From NCBI GenBank assembly GCA_028534125.1, contig CM052816.1, positions 35,342,001 to 35,406,000 of the forward strand: DNA of 64,000 nucleotides. Direction: 5' to 3'. The stretch comes from Lama glama. Lineage: Eukaryota. The notes under the pieces are model-generated. The model did no database searches, was not told the origin of the DNA, and was given only the letters and a program-made list of their open reading frames with translations. A program made the position numbers and the translations under genes. Below, piece by piece: positions 26,070 to 39,760 of the stretch (position 1 is its first letter; the number at the start of each line of letters is the position of its first letter).

Positions 26070-26600
26070 ATCTGTCAGAATTCAGTGCAGGAAACAGAAA
26101 TCACCCTAAGCACTTCAGACAGAAAGGAATATAAAGCAGGAAATTAACTACTTACAAAACTGTAGGCTGGGTTCAAGGAGAAGGCAGTGATGGGCTACTA
26201 GCTACTGATTTCAACGGCACATCACTCTAGTCCAGAGGTCGGCAAACTGCTGATATTTCTACTGCTGCAGCCCCTCAGCTGCCTCAGTTCCCTCTGCAGT
26301 TGGTGACTAGACACTGACTGCTGCATCTGGGCCACTGCCTCTAGGTAACAACATGGCTGATAACTCGGCATTAGAATGCTGAGTCTGGCTGCAAACACTA
26401 ATGCTCATCAAGAGGGAGGCTCCCATCTTCCTTCCAGCTTCCAAATCTCACACAAACAATTCTCATTGGTGGAAGCAAATTCTTATTCAGAACCCTAGCT
26501 GCAAGAGAGTTTGAGAAAAACAGTTTCTTCCTTTGGGAAAGAACACAGAAAGGGGTCGAAATGGAGGCTGAATGCTAATTGACCATAAACCTCACAGTGT
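26070..26600. mobile_element. Ancient ERVL/MaLR-type LTR
   Basis: ctgtcagaattcagtgcaggaaacagaaatcacc...cagaaccctagctgcaagagagtttgagaaa. Confidence 0.55.
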
Positions 26601-26782
26601 TCCACAGTATCCATTCACCATAAATTACTTAACCAGTCCCCAACTGTGTGTGTTGGGGGGGGTGATACACGGGACACAGCATTCTGCTAGTACAAACAAC
26701 GAACTAATAAATGTCAGTCTAAACGTGTCTTTGAGCATCTTTGAGAATACAATAAAGGAGTAAAACGGGAGGTGTTATCTTC

Positions 26783-27255
26783 TGTTTCTCAATGAAAAAA
26801 TCAATCAGTCAACCTAAGAAAGAAATGGAAACTTTTATTCCAGCCAAACTGAGGATTATAACCCAGAAACAGCCTCTCAGAAAGCTCTGAAAACTGCTCC
26901 ACTAGTTAAAGATCAAAGCACAGTTATATATATAAGTTTTTGAGACAGAGAGCTGTACATTAAATGACATATAACTGACAGTTTACAAAATCCAGATCTA
27001 AGCATACAAAGCAAGTAATGGATGATGGGTCATTGTGAACCCTTCCAAGATTAAGCAGAAAGATTTTCTCCCAAGGAGTTGTCTTGTTGATGCTAGGAGA
27101 ATGTTGCTTTTAATGGCTGAACAGCTATTTCTGTTCAATAGTCAATGCATAGTGCAGATACACAATACACAGTAGAGGGGAGAAAGGTGGCCAAAGGGCA
27201 GAGAAAACTTTTTATGTTTAAATTTTCCTTAACTTGCCTTAGAATACGAATTGTT
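26783..27255 (-). mobile_element. ERV1-class LTR
   Basis: acttttattccagccaaactgaggattataacccagaaacagcctctcagaaagctctgaaaactgctcca; related to the 40522-41017 element. Confidence 0.7.
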
Positions 27256-27684
27256 TAAAGTAAGATGGTAAAAACAAATCTCACGCTGCCTGGATTACAA
27301 ATGGCATTAGTAACTCAATTATGTCATCAAAGATAGATTAAAATTTTTTACATATGTTAATCATGTGACATTTTAATCATATAGAAGAACACCTCACATC
27401 GCCATTTGTTCTACTGTCTCTGTAATATATAGAAATGTTTTAGAATCACTTTCATTCCTCTGTGTTAAAAGTTACAGTAGAGCTGGGTTTATAGGTTCCT
27501 ACCTCTCAGCAAAATCTCCAGCTCTCTGTGGTGTCATTGTGTTTACCATTCCTGCCCTAAGGACAGCACAGGACGGGGTGTGGCCAACAATTTGGAGCAA
27601 AATTAACTGGGCCACTAGGGAGGGAACCTATGTGTTCACTAGCGCAGCATCCTTACCATCTACACCATGTACAGGCAGAAGTAA

Positions 27685-27850
27685 TAACAATGATCAGCAT
27701 TCGTGGAGTGCTTGACAGAGGCCATTGTTCCTTCTTTTAATTCTTAGGATGATCCTAAGAGGAGTAGGTACCACTATTATTCCCAAGTGCAAAAGAGGAA
27801 ACTAATCTTCAGCGAGGTGAAGAACTTGCCCAAGGTCACAGGCTGCCCTT
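27685..27850 (-). mobile_element. MIR
   Basis: gtaggtaccactattattccc...gaggaaact...gaggtgaagaacttgcccaaggtcacagg. Confidence 0.75.
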
Positions 27851-28099
27851 CCCACTCTCCCAGAGTGAGAATTTGTTCTCTTTCTCATGACTAAGCAGGA
27901 GTTCATGGCACATGAATCCGGCAGAAGCAAAGGAACAAATATTTGGTGTAGCCTAACAAGATGGAATCCCAACCTCAGGAAAACCCACAACATGTTCTAC
28001 AGCCATAGACTCCACTCATGCTAGTGGTTCTCATTATGATGATGGGCAAGAAAGTGACTGCAGATTAAAATACATCTACTACTAGAAAAGCAATGCAGA

Positions 28100-28183
28100 G
28101 TGTATGTGAATGTGTGTGTGTATATATATATCTATATGTATATATATATACACACACACACATACACACACACATATATATAT
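28100..28183. repeat. Compound (TG)n(TA)n(CA)n microsatellite
   Basis: Read directly. Confidence 0.95.
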
Positions 28184-28649
28184 TCATTTAGTCTGCCAGC
28201 CAGTGATTCATTCTTTAATTACCTACTATTCACAGAATACTGGAGGTCTGTGGGGACTAAGAAAATAATACAAGCTAACCCTCCCTTATGTTTTCAAGGA
28301 ATCACTTTGGTGAGAATAGATAAATACACATCAAGCATTTGAGAAATAATCAGAGTATAAGATAACACAGCATTTTTGTAACATCCTTATGACATTTAAA
28401 AACTTTTATACTTTAATTTAAAAATATATTTTAAATATAATTTGTTCCTATCATACTCACAATCCTATTACATTTACAGCTGTCACTTTGTTAACCTACT
28501 GCTGTGGGTTGTATGAATGGAAAAAGAATCTATAAAGGAGTTCTAACAGTGAATATATTAAGGTTCTTAGCACAAGTATATTAACTTTAGTGATCAATAA
28601 TTACATGCTCTATTCAATTTTCAACTCCATGAAAATTACATGTACTTTT

Positions 28650-30514
28650 TGGGGGGTGGTGGAAATGGTTTGTTTGTTTGTTGTTTGTTTATTTGATATA
28701 CAGTTGATTTACACTATTATGTACTATTGTGTTAGCTTCCGGTATACAGCAAAGTGATTCAGTTATACATACACATATATTTTCATATTATTTTCCATTA
28801 TAGGTTATTACAAGATATTGAATATAGTTCCCTGTATTATACAGTAAACCTTTGTAGCTTATCTATTTTATGTATAGTAGTTGGTATCTGTTAATCCCAT
28901 ACTGCTAATTTCTCCTTCCCTTCCCCTTTACCTTTGGTACCATAAGTTGGTTTTCTATGTCTTTGAGTCTGTTTCTGTTTTGTACGTGGATTCATCTGTA
29001 TTAAGTTTTAGATTCCACGTGTAAGTAATATCTTATAATATTTGTCTTTTCTCTGTCTAACTTACTTCACTTAGTATATGTTCTCTAGGTCCATCCATGT
29101 TGCTGCAGATGGCAATATTGCATTTTTTTTTATGGCTGAGTAACATTCTATGGCATTTTTACCAAATCTTCTTAAACTAGTCAGCTGTTGATGGGCACTG
29201 GGTTGTTCCCATGTCTTGGCTATTGTAAACAGTGCTGCGTGTATCTTTTCGAGTTAGAGTTTTCGTCTTTTCTGGATGTAAAATTGCTGGATCATATGGT
29301 AGGTCTATTTTTAGGAGGGTTTTTTTGGTGGGGGGAGTAATTAGTTTTGTTTGTTTGTTTCTTTGTTTTAATGGCGGTACTGGGGTTTGAATCCAGGACC
29401 TTATGCATGCTAAGCATGCACTCTATCACTGAGCTATACCCTTCCTTATTTTTAGTTTTTTCAGGGACCACCATACTGCTTTCCATAGTGCTGCACCAAT
29501 TTTCATTCACACCAACAGTGGATGAGGATATCCTTTTCTCCACACCCTCTCTAGCATTTATTATTTGTAGAGATTATTTTTGATGATCACCATTCTGACT
29601 GGTGTGTGATACCTCTTGTGGTTTAGATTTGCATTTCTCTAATAATTAGCAGTGTTGAGAATCTTTCCATGTGCCTGTTGGCCATCTGTATATTTTCTTT
29701 GGAGAAATGCCTTTTTAGGTCTAATGCCTATTTTTTGATTGGGCTGTTTATTTTTTCAATATTGAATTGTATGAGTTGTTTGTATATTTTGGATATTATC
29801 CCCTTATTGGTTACATCATTTGCAAATATTTTCTCCCATTCCATAGGCTGTCTTTTTGTTTTGTTGATGGTTTCCTTTGCTATGAAAAACCTTTTAAGTT
29901 TGATTAAGTTCCATTTATTTGATTTCGCTTTTATTTCTTTCCTTGGGAAACTAACCTAAGAAAATATTGCTATGATTTACATCAGAGAATGTTTTGCATA
30001 TGTTCTCTTTTAGGAATTTTATAGTGTCATGTCTTATATTTAGGTCTTTAAACTACTTTGAGTTTATTTTTGTATATGAACGAGTGTTCTAATTTCATTG
30101 ATTTATGTGTAGATGTCCAGCTTTCCCAACACCACTTGCTGAAGAGACTGTCTTTTCTCCATTGTATATTCTTGCCTCCTTGTTGAAGATTAATTGACTG
30201 CATGTGTATGGACTTATTTCTGGGCTTTCTATTCTGTTCCATTGATATATGTGTCTGTTTTTATGCCAATACCATGCTGTAGCTTTGTAGTATTATCTAA
30301 AGCCTAGGAGGGTTATGCCTCCAGTTTTGTTTTCCTCAGGATTGCTTTGGCAATTCTGGGTCTTTTGTGGTTCCAGATAAATTCTAGGATTATTTGTTTT
30401 AGTTCTGTGAAAGATGTCCTGGGTATTTTGATAGAGAATGCATTAAATCTGTAGATTGCTTTGGGTAGAATGGCCATTTTAACAATATTAAGTTTTCCAA
30501 TCCAAGAGCAGAAT
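28650..30514 (-). mobile_element. 5'-truncated L1 (~1.9 kb; ORF2 C-terminus and 3' UTR)
   Basis: ORF 30048-30242(-) includes the L1 ORF2 motif [15 protein letters not shown] attacatgta (28635-28644, 30515-30524). Confidence 0.93.
29315..29446 (-). mobile_element. Vic-1-type SINE nested in L1
   Basis: ccaggaccttatgcatgctaagcatgcactctatcactgagctatacccttcc; TSD tatttttag (29306-29314, 29447-29455). Confidence 0.9.
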
Positions 30515-30639
30515 ATTACATGTATTTTTAATCCTAGTTCTAATTTCTAATAAAGACAATGATTTTGTTGAAATGTAGTAAAAAAAAAAAAACCATAGAA
30601 ATCATTAAAAAAAAAAAAAGGCCCTACTTACCATGACTG

Positions 30640-31015
30640 AACATGAAGAGTGGCAAGTAGTCAGTCCCTCTCCCAGCACTGCATGCACTTGAGAAGGGGA
30701 AGGCTGACTGGATGCGCCTTTGTGGGGTGAGAGTCAGGGTTAGATAGCCTGGGATGGTTGTCTCATAGTACCTGGTGCCCAGGAATGCGGCATTCAGCAG
30801 GGAGGCATGAGCGTCAATGGCTACAAGCTGCTACTGTGATGTAATTTTGACTGTAGCTTGGCCCTGTTGGTTCCTGTCCATTTTTGAGCCTAGATTCCAG
30901 CTGCCTACCAGCTCAGTGGGCTACTCAGTAACATTATGGTCAGTTCATTTTGTTTGTTTTTAGCCTAAATTATCTACAATCAGCAGCTGTTGTTTGCCAC
31001 CAAGAACCCTGAGGA
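30640..31015 (+). mobile_element. Ancient ERVL-type LTR fragment
   Basis: 3' end ctgttgtttgccaccaagaaccctga resembles the LTR16-family terminus. Confidence 0.45.
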
Positions 31016-31261
31016 ACAGGAGGCTGCAGAACTTTGGAGCAAGGACTTGAGAGTGGTGTGTATCTACAGTGGTGGTGGGTGCTGCTGCTGAAAGAACAGT
31101 CTGGGGTCTCTGCCAACAGTGGCAAGAGTAGGGGCTCCACACTGCCTCTGCCAGGTCTTTGAGTACCGCCTGCTTTTTAGGGAAGTGTCAGGCTGAGGTA
31201 AAGAACACTGAGGTCTGTGTTCTAACTCAAGCACTGCCATTTACTAGCTACGTGACTTGTT

Positions 31262-31444
31262 TATTTAAAAATAACTTTTAAAAAGAGCTTTAAGTTTTAT
31301 TTATTATTGTATTATTTAATTATTATATTTTGGTAGGGGGAAGTAACTAGATGTATTTATTTTTAGAGGAGGTATTGGAGATTGAACCCAGGACGTCACG
31401 CATGCTAAGCAAGCACTCTACCACTTGAGCTGTACCCTCCTCCC
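31262..31444 (-). mobile_element. Vic-1-type SINE nested in a MIR
   Basis: attgaacccaggacgtcacgcatgctaagcaagcactctaccacttgagctgtaccctcctccc; degenerate TSD acgtgactt/atgtgacct. Confidence 0.88.
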
Positions 31445-31748
31445 ATGTGACCTTTTTAAGCCTAAGTTTCTCCTTCACACTTTACAGTGAGGAGGACACG
31501 GCATCTGTAAGAGCTCTTCCTGCATTAAGATTCTATGAGTGTCTTTGGTCGTTCTAGACATCCACAGTTGTAATTTTTAAAATTTATTTATTTTTTGTTT
31601 AATAAATAACCTATAGGTTATGTGTTTCTAGTAACAAAACAAGAAGCAACCACAACTAATACTTACTGAGCATTTACTCATATGTAAATATTACATGTAG
31701 AATTAGGCATTGTATTACACTACATTATTAGGCATTGTATTACATGTA

Positions 31749-33895
31749 CAGGCAGACCTGGTTTTACCGGCTTCACTTCACTGCACTTTGCAGATATTAC
31801 ATTTGTTACAAATTAAAGGCTTCTGGCAACACTGCTTTGAGCAAGACTGTCAATACCATTTCTCCCACAGCATTTGCTCACTTTGTGTCTCTGTGTCACA
31901 TTTTGGTAATTTTTGCAATATTTTAAACTTTTCCATCATTACTGTATTTTTTATGGTGACTTATGATCAGTGGTCTTTGATGTTACTGTTGTAATTGTTT
32001 GGGAGCACCAGCAACCAAACCCATATGAACAGTGAACTTAACTTTAAATGTTGTATGTGTCCTGATAGCTCCATGGATGGGCTGTTTCCCCATCTCTCTG
32101 CCTTTCCTTGGGCCCCCCTATTCCCTAAGATGCAACTAACTGAAATTAGGCCACTTAATAACCCAACAATGGCATCTAAGTCTTCAAGAGAAAGAAAGAG
32201 TCCTATGCCTTTCACTTTAAATCAAAAGCTAGAAATGATTAAGCTTTATGAGGAAGGCATGTCAAAAGCCAATATAGCTCAAAAGCTAGACTTCTTACAC
32301 CAGTTAGCCAAGTTGTAAATGCAAAGGAAAAGTTCTTGAAGGAAATGAAAAGGACCAATTTAGAATCTACACCAAGTCATCCAGAAGATCTAGCTAAGAA
32401 AATGAATGAAGGCGGCTACACTAAATAGTAGATTTTCAATGTAGATAAAACAGCTTTCTATTGGAAGAAGATGTCATCTATGACTTATAGCTAGAGAGGA
32501 GAATTTATTGCCTGGCTTCAAAGTTTCAAAGCACAGGCTGACTCACTTGTTAGGGGCTAGTGCAGCTGGTGACTTGCATTTGAAGCCGATGCTCATTTAA
32601 TATTCCAAAAATTCTAGAGTCCTTAAGAATTATGCTAAATCTACCCTGCCTGTGCTCTATAAATGGCAGAACAAAGGCTGGATGACAGCACATTTGTTGA
32701 CAACACAGTTTACTGAATATTTTAAGCCCACTTTTGAGATTTACTGCTCAGAAAAAAAAGATTCTTTTCCAAATAGTACTGCTTATTGACAGTGGTCACC
32801 TTGTCACCCAAGAGCTCTGATAAAGATGTACAGTAAGATTAATGCTATTTTCATGCCTGCTAACTCAACAGCTATTCTGCAGCCCATGGATCAAAGAGTA
32901 ATTCTGAACTTCAAGTCTTATTCTTTAAGAAATACATTTTGTAAGGCTATAGCTGCCACAGACAATGATTCTTCTTATGAATCTGGACAAATTAAACTGA
33001 AAACCTTCTGTAAAGGATTCACTATTCTAGATGCCATGAAGAATATTTGTAATTCATGAGAAGAGGTCAAAATATCAACATTAACAGGAATTTGAAAGGA
33101 CCTGATTCCAACTCTCATCGATGACCTTGAGGGGTTTAAGACTTGAGTGGAAGAAGTAACTATAAATGTGATATTAATAGCATGAGAAACAGAATTAAAA
33201 GTGGAGCCTGAAGATATGACTGAATTGCTACAATCTTATGATAAAACTTTAGTGAATGAAAGGTTGCTTCTTATAGATAAGCTAAGGAAATAGTTTCCTG
33301 AGCTGGAATCTACTCTGGGTGAAGATGCTGTGAAGTCTGTTGAAATGATGACAAATGATTATTTTACATAATCTTAGTTGATAAAGCAGCAGCAGAGTTT
33401 GAGAGGATGGATTCCGATTTTGATAGAAGTTCTACTGTGAGTAAGATGCTATCAAACAGTATGGCATGCTACAGAGAAATCGCTTGTGAAAGGAAGAGTG
33501 CACAGAGGTGGCAAATTTCACTGGTGTCTTATCTTAAGAAATTGTCACAGCCACCTGAAACTTCAGCATTCACTGCCCTGGTTAGTACTGACATTAGCCA
33601 TTGACATAGAGGCAGGACCCTCCATCAGCAAAAAGATTACAACTCACCGAAGGCTCAGTTGATGGTTAGCATTTTGTAGCAATAAAGTATTTTTAAAGTG
33701 AGGTAGTTATATACAGATGTATTTTAGCCATAAGGCTACTGCACACTTACTAGACTACAGTATAGTAATACTGTATAGTAAACATAACTTTTATATGCTT
33801 GGAAATCCCCAAACTTTTGTGACCTGCTTGATCACGATATCTACTTTTTTGAGTTGTTCTGGAATCAAACCTGCAATATCTCAGGGGTATGCTGG
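31749..33895 (+). mobile_element. Tigger1 DNA transposon with decayed transposase
   Basis: TA-flanked TIRs caggcagacct...ggggtatgctgg; ATG at 32169 MASKSSRERKS...[46 protein letters not shown] segment; multiple stops and frameshifts. Confidence 0.95.
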
Positions 33896-33899
33896 TATT

Positions 33900-34120
33900 T
33901 GCACTATATGTTATTACACTACACTCGGTGTATTATTTAATTTCACAGATGCAAGACACAACACCTTAAAGCAGGTGCTGTTATTATCCCCACTCTATAG
34001 ATACATAAGACTGAAGCTCAGAGAGGTTAATTAACTTGCCCAAATTACACAACTAACTAGAGGAGAAGTCAGGACTTAAATCTAGACCTGCTTGGTGGAA
34101 AAGCTTGTGATACTAACCTC
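33900..34120 (-). mobile_element. MIR (host of Tigger1; other part at ~31660-31748)
   Basis: ttattatccccact...actgaagctcagagaggttaattaacttgccca. Confidence 0.75.
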
Positions 34121-34179
34121 CTAATTAGATGTAAAAAAAAAAAAGTGCTACCAAGATAAGGAATTGCCAATGCTTTAAA

Positions 34180-34637
34180 TTTATCTGAGTTTGGATTCCC
34201 TTCAAAGCAAATTTGAGACAAGGCTTTGGATGTATGTGAGGTCATCCGGGACGTGATCCTGGGAATCATAGTATGAGGCAGTAAGGCAGAGAGAGGAGGA
34301 GAGCTGACCAAGGGTGCATTAACAAATACATGACTGTGTGGGCTCAGTCCCCCAGGAGCTCCGAGACCCAGTGGAGAACGTGGCTCAAAACTGACCCACA
34401 AAGGTGCAAGGAAGCTGGCATATTTCTCTGCCTATTCTCACCCCTCATTGATTAATCCTAGCTCCTAAAGAGATGAATTCCCTGGCAGTTCTGGCCTGTA
34501 GCATACCCCAGCTGAGGACGAGATGCACGTGCTTAAGGAGGGGACGTCTCTGGTATGTCCGGGAGTCACCACTGAGTTACAGGTGACCTTTGGGTTGGGC
34601 CCATGGAATATGAGGGGGACATGACAGCATCTGCTAC
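34180..34637 (-). mobile_element. Ancient ERVL LTR
   Basis: tttggattcccttcaaagca...tgagacaagg...; ends gacagcatctgctaca. Confidence 0.6.
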
Positions 34638-37232
34638 AGGACATGAGTTAATTCAAAACAATTAACCAGAAATTTTACTAATTGTATTAGAACAGTTCAC
34701 TTCATAAATCAGTGAATTTCAGCATCAGTGAAATTGTATCTTAAAATAAATTAGCTTTTAATTCCTAATTTAAGGAAGGTTTATAATATAAAAAAAGAAA
34801 CTAGAATGATACTCATTTTAAGACCATGCTAGAATTGATTATAGATTGATTTACATATTTAAAAACATTTGTAGCATTAACTGGGCCAACCCAGCATTGC
34901 TTTGGAGTATCATTAACATTGTCAGAAAAATAAGTGCTGTTTTTGCATGGAATAAGTATGCACACGTGCACAGATCGCTAGTGCAAATCTGAAAGCCTCC
35001 AGCTATTCTGGACGAGACGGTCCTGTCTCTTTGAAGTGCCATCCTAATGATTTTTCAAAATGAAATGTGTGTATACTCTTGTGACCTAATTTTTGTTTGT
35101 TTTTGTTGCATCAGACCATCCTAAACATACCTACAAAATTGATGAAAATCTGTTCCGCTACTTTTTTTCATTCTGTAGCAAATAAAGCAAGCAGAGTTTC
35201 TATTTGATTTAAGAGATCCCTTTCCTTTACATAGGTAACAAACTGGATTTCAGAACTGAAATAAACTAAGGTAGTAAACAGTCAAATCACAGTTTCCCCA
35301 AAGGACAGAGCTTAGGGCTGTTTTAAAATAGTTGATTTCTTTATCATATTGATTATAGTTTTTAATTAATTCTAAATCATGGGTTCTAATAAATGTTTTC
35401 CCTGTGCTTCTTGTACTAGAGAAAGGGGAGGCCCAAGCTCTTTCCTTTTAAATTTTTTAATGCTGTGTGATGACTTCTTAATTAGTGAGTTTGCAGGAAG
35501 GTTGAAGACTGACAGTTTAAAAATAAAGCATTTGTTATGGAGGAATGAGAGATTTACTACAGAATTTCTAAGCTACCTCCTAAATGTGGAGAGAGTCAGT
35601 AAAGAAGGTCTTGAAGAAAAACAGAAGGTGGAGAGAGATGCCAGTTCAGTATAATAGAGTTAACTTGAGGGTGTACTCCTGGTAGTATTCAATTATCGTC
35701 AAATCCTAGGCTAAAATACTCTTTAGCTTTTTAGCCTTGAGTTTATTTCCCATAAATACCTCAGCCACTGAGTTTATTTAGTAGAGACTGCAGTTATTAC
35801 CTTATAGAAAGAAAGCCCTCAGACCCTATCTCCTTAAGAAGAGACGAGAGAGATTGATGTTAATCCGGGGTTGGGGTGGGGGTGCGGAGGTGTCTAAGAG
35901 GACTAAAAGTCCCCAGAGTTTGAAAAGTTGAAAACTACTCATTGATGGGAAATACGTATTTGTTCTAAAGATTTTTTTTTTTTTTTGCCTTCTAATAAAA
36001 ACAGGCAAATGATCCAAATGCGGTTTGGGATGCAGTTTTTACTTATTATGTGATTGTCATCATGGTTATTTTCTTTAAATATATAAAAATGCCTTAAAAG
36101 ATAGACTGAATTACAACTTAAAAATGAATGATAGAAGACTATATCCTTTTCCATCATAATCAAAGTCATGTACAAATTTAACATTCAGTATTTGAACCCA
36201 TCAAGGTGGCCAACTTTGGGGATTTGGAGAATTTTTTTTTTTAACTACAAGCTCATTAGGCAAAACTTAATCTAAAATTGCCAGACTTTGTACTCTGTGA
36301 ATATGAAGTTATTCCTGAGAAATTCTCTGCCTATTTACTTTGTCTGCACTGATTTCTTAGGTCTCAGTCGTAATTTATTTTGAAAATATGTCTATGTTAG
36401 GACACTGGGAATGCAGAACATAATCTACCTGTAACTGGAATCACCAGTCTCACCATTAGAATTACTACAGGATTATTTTGGAATTAATATCTACTCACAG
36501 GTATAAATATTTGAGGTGGAAAAAAACTTTCTAGAAATAATAAAATATAACCATTTCCAAAACATGATATAAAAATTTAAAAGCCTATTTAAGGCGTGGT
36601 AAAAACAGCCAGTCTCAGAGTCTATCTCATTTATTTTCAAAGCTGAAAAACAAAACCTGACTACCACAGAATGAGCAGGAATGCAGGACTTTATTTCTTA
36701 TTATGCTATGTCTATATTAATGGAAAAATAACCTCAGCATATAGACTCCTGGATATTACATTTTCATAAACACAAGCACAAATACGGTCACACAGTGTCA
36801 ATTATGAGTGCTTAGTTATAGATAACAAAGTTATTGTGTTTCTGTCTTCTATCATCTTTCTTTATTTTTAGTTTCAAGCACAAACATTTCTCCTGCTGTG
36901 CTTTTAATCCATACATTCTCTTTGAACTAACCTTCCTCTGTCTTTGGCAGCCTCTCTCTCTTTCAAAGATTTCAGAATGTTTATTAAATTCTGCACATTC
37001 CACTTTCATTCAGACAGTGGTTGCTAGGAGAGCTGCCAGCTACCCTGTAACCCAGCTGGAATTACACAATGCCACTTTCTGGAGGTGTTTATAGTTTGAA
37101 GATACTAAGTTTATAAATTAAATAAGACAAAGAATTTATAAATGTTTCTGAATGTTCAGTTAGCCTTTTGAAGGTCAAGACAACAGTTCTGTGAACCGCA
37201 GCTTCTTCATCTGTAAAGTGAGGGGGTTAGAA

Positions 37233-37300
37233 TCTCTAAGGTTTCTTTCACACACAATCTCTAAGGTTTCTTTCACACACAGTCTCTAAGGTTTCTTTCA
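37233..37300. repeat. 25-bp tandem repeat, ~2.7 copies (tctctaaggtttctttcacacaca[a/g])
   Basis: Read directly; lies inside a MIR-like fragment. Confidence 0.95.
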
Positions 37301-37317
37301 ACTGCAACATTGTAGAT

Positions 37318-37525
37318 CTTAGGCTGTGGGATCAGAATGCCTGGGTTTGAATCCTGATTCTTTCTTTACCACCTTAGGAGAACTACTTGATCTATCAGTT
37401 AATGAGGATAATAATAACACCTGCCTAATAGGTATTGCTATAAAAATTAAATAGGTTAATTCATATAAAGCACATTGGACAGTGCTTGGCACATAAATAT
37501 ACTTTAATAATTAATCAAGTTATTT
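37318..37525 (+). mobile_element. MIR
   Basis: tgcctgggtttgaatcctg...gaggataataataacacctgcc...cagtgcttggcacata. Confidence 0.85.
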
Positions 37526-37539
37526 TATAAGTAGATACT

Positions 37540-38140
37540 CATTTAAACTTTTGTGTATTTGTTCAACAAATACTTATTCAACATCTACTCTGTATAGGTA
37601 TCAGAGATTAAAAAAAAGTCAACTAAGACTACTTCTGGCCTTAAGGATCCTAGGGTCTCATGGAGAAGAAAATCAAGTAAACGTAATTACAATTCAGTGC
37701 AGTAAGAACCTTAATAGCAGAAAGAAGCTTGGGCATGGGTGGGGGGGGGGGTCCTAAGAGGTTGGATGAGGGAAGGCTTTTGGGATCTATGAGATCATGT
37801 CTAAGTTGAATCCGCAAATTTGAAGTAGAATTAACCAGAGTTAGCAAGGGCACTGGGCAGTAGTAGGGGCAGGAACTGGGGGATGGAAGGAGTGAGAAGG
37901 TTCACACAGAGGGAATATCTTCGGCAAAGACTCAGCATAGAGTATATAGAATGGTATTTGCTTCCACATGTCTGGAGAGCAGGATGCATGTGGCAAGTGG
38001 CAGACAAGCTAATGAGTTAGATGGACCAGCATTTAAGAGAAGAGGAAGAGAAATCTTGGAAGGAGGCTGAGAAGGAACAGCCAGATAGGGAGAGGGAAAA
38101 TTAAGGATAGTATGCTCAACTGCGTACGATGCAGCAGGAA
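37540..38140 (-). mobile_element. L2 fragments
   Basis: gttcaacaaatacttattcaacatctactctg...; ggaggctgagaaggaacagccagatagg. Confidence 0.6.
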
Positions 38141-38268
38141 GATTGTTACTTTATTCCACTTTTTCTGTCTTCCTTTGGATTAATTGCATTTTTAATGTTT
38201 GTTTTATCTCTACTGTTGACTTATTAGTTATACTTCTTTGTCTTATTGGTTTTTTGGTAGTTATTCTA

Positions 38269-38440
38269 AGGCAAGATTGACAAGTTTTTCTTTAAAGGTC
38301 CAGAGGGTAAATCTTTGAGGCTTTTGGGGCCCTACAGATATGAAAACAAATGGGCTTGGCTGTGTTCCAATAAAACTTTATTTATAAGGCCAATGGTAAG
38401 TCAGATTTGGCTCACAGGCTGCAGCTGGCCAACTCCTACA
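38269..38440. mobile_element. MER58A (hAT-Charlie)
   Basis: aaatgggcttggctgtgttccaataaaactttatttat...gatttggctcacaggctgcagctggccaactcct. Confidence 0.85.
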
Positions 38441-39760
38441 CCAGGATTTTCAATATACATCTTTAACTTACCACAGTATGCCTTTAAGTAATGCCTTCAA
38501 GTTAACTCTTAAGAACTGTACTACAGTACACTTCCATTTCTCTCCTCTCTTCCTGCTATTGTTGTCATATTGTCATAAATTTTACTTGCACATTTTACAA
38601 CCCCTGTAATATACTGTTACTATTTTTGATTAACGTCAATTGTCTTTTTTAAGGATTTTTTTAAGTAAGAAAAAATGTTATTTTTTATTTCTGTACATAA
38701 TTACTATTTCCACTGCTCTTCATTTCTCTACTCAGGTTCAGCTTTCCATCCAATATCATTTTCTTCTGCCTCAGCTGGGACAGGGATGATTGGAACTGTT
38801 AGGGGCTAGTCAGACATTTGTCTCTTTCTTCACATGTCCCCTTCATTTGGCTAGTTTGTCTTCCTCACATCATGGCAGTATCAGGGTGGTCACATTTGAC
38901 GGCTGGCTTCCCTCAGAGCAAGAATTCCAAGAGGGAGTCACTTCAGAGACCCAAGAAGAAACTACTAGATTTTTTAATTACCTAGCTTATAAATTACACT
39001 GTTCCATTTCCATTACATCCTATTGTTCAAAAATTAAGTTACAGAGTCAGCCCAGATGAGGGCTATGTAGGGGCTGAGGGTAAGGAGAATGGTATATCCT
39101 TAAAAACAAGCTACTGTAGCCCAATGACAATAAGGATTATTGTATTTAGGACTGTCGAGGAAGACAGCTCACTGAAGAGGTAGGACTTAATTAAGACTTT
39201 GCAGGATGTGTGTGTTCTCCCTAAGGAAAGAAAAGTGCTCCAGGTGAAATGAGCGTACCTTCTCAAGAGGATCTGGATTTGGATCCCACCTCTTCCACTT
39301 ACTAATTGTCTATCTTCAGGTTCAAAACCTTACTGGTAAAAACGAAAACAAAAATAAAACCCACAAAAAAACAAAAAAAACTCCCACAAAACCTTACTGG
39401 TTATTTTGTGAGTGGCGCTGGGAATAATGATAATATAATCAAAAAGCCTGGATTCTGGCAGGGGCTCATGAAAAACGGAAATATTATTATTACTCATAAA
39501 AGGATGGTTTTCCAAGCTGTGTAAAATGAAAGCCAAAACATTTATTGAATGCATAGTGAGTGAACTCTGACACTAAGTCAGTGTGTTCAGAATGGATCTC
39601 TTCCTTTATATATAATGTGTGTTTTTTCCCTCTGGATGCTTTTAAGTTTGTTCCTCAGTAAGCAATGTGTTCTTTTTTTTTTTTTTTGGCTGCTTTTAAG
39701 ATTTTTCTCTTTATCATTCATTTTTTTGGCAATCTCACTATGATATGCTTTGGCTTTCAC

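Noticed and set aside
31995..33604. Transposase ORFs as a domesticated TIGD1-like gene
   Set aside because: Multiple stops, frameshifts and an internal deletion.
37233..37300. Direct repeats superficially like a CRISPR array
   Set aside because: No unique spacers, no cas genes, mammalian context.
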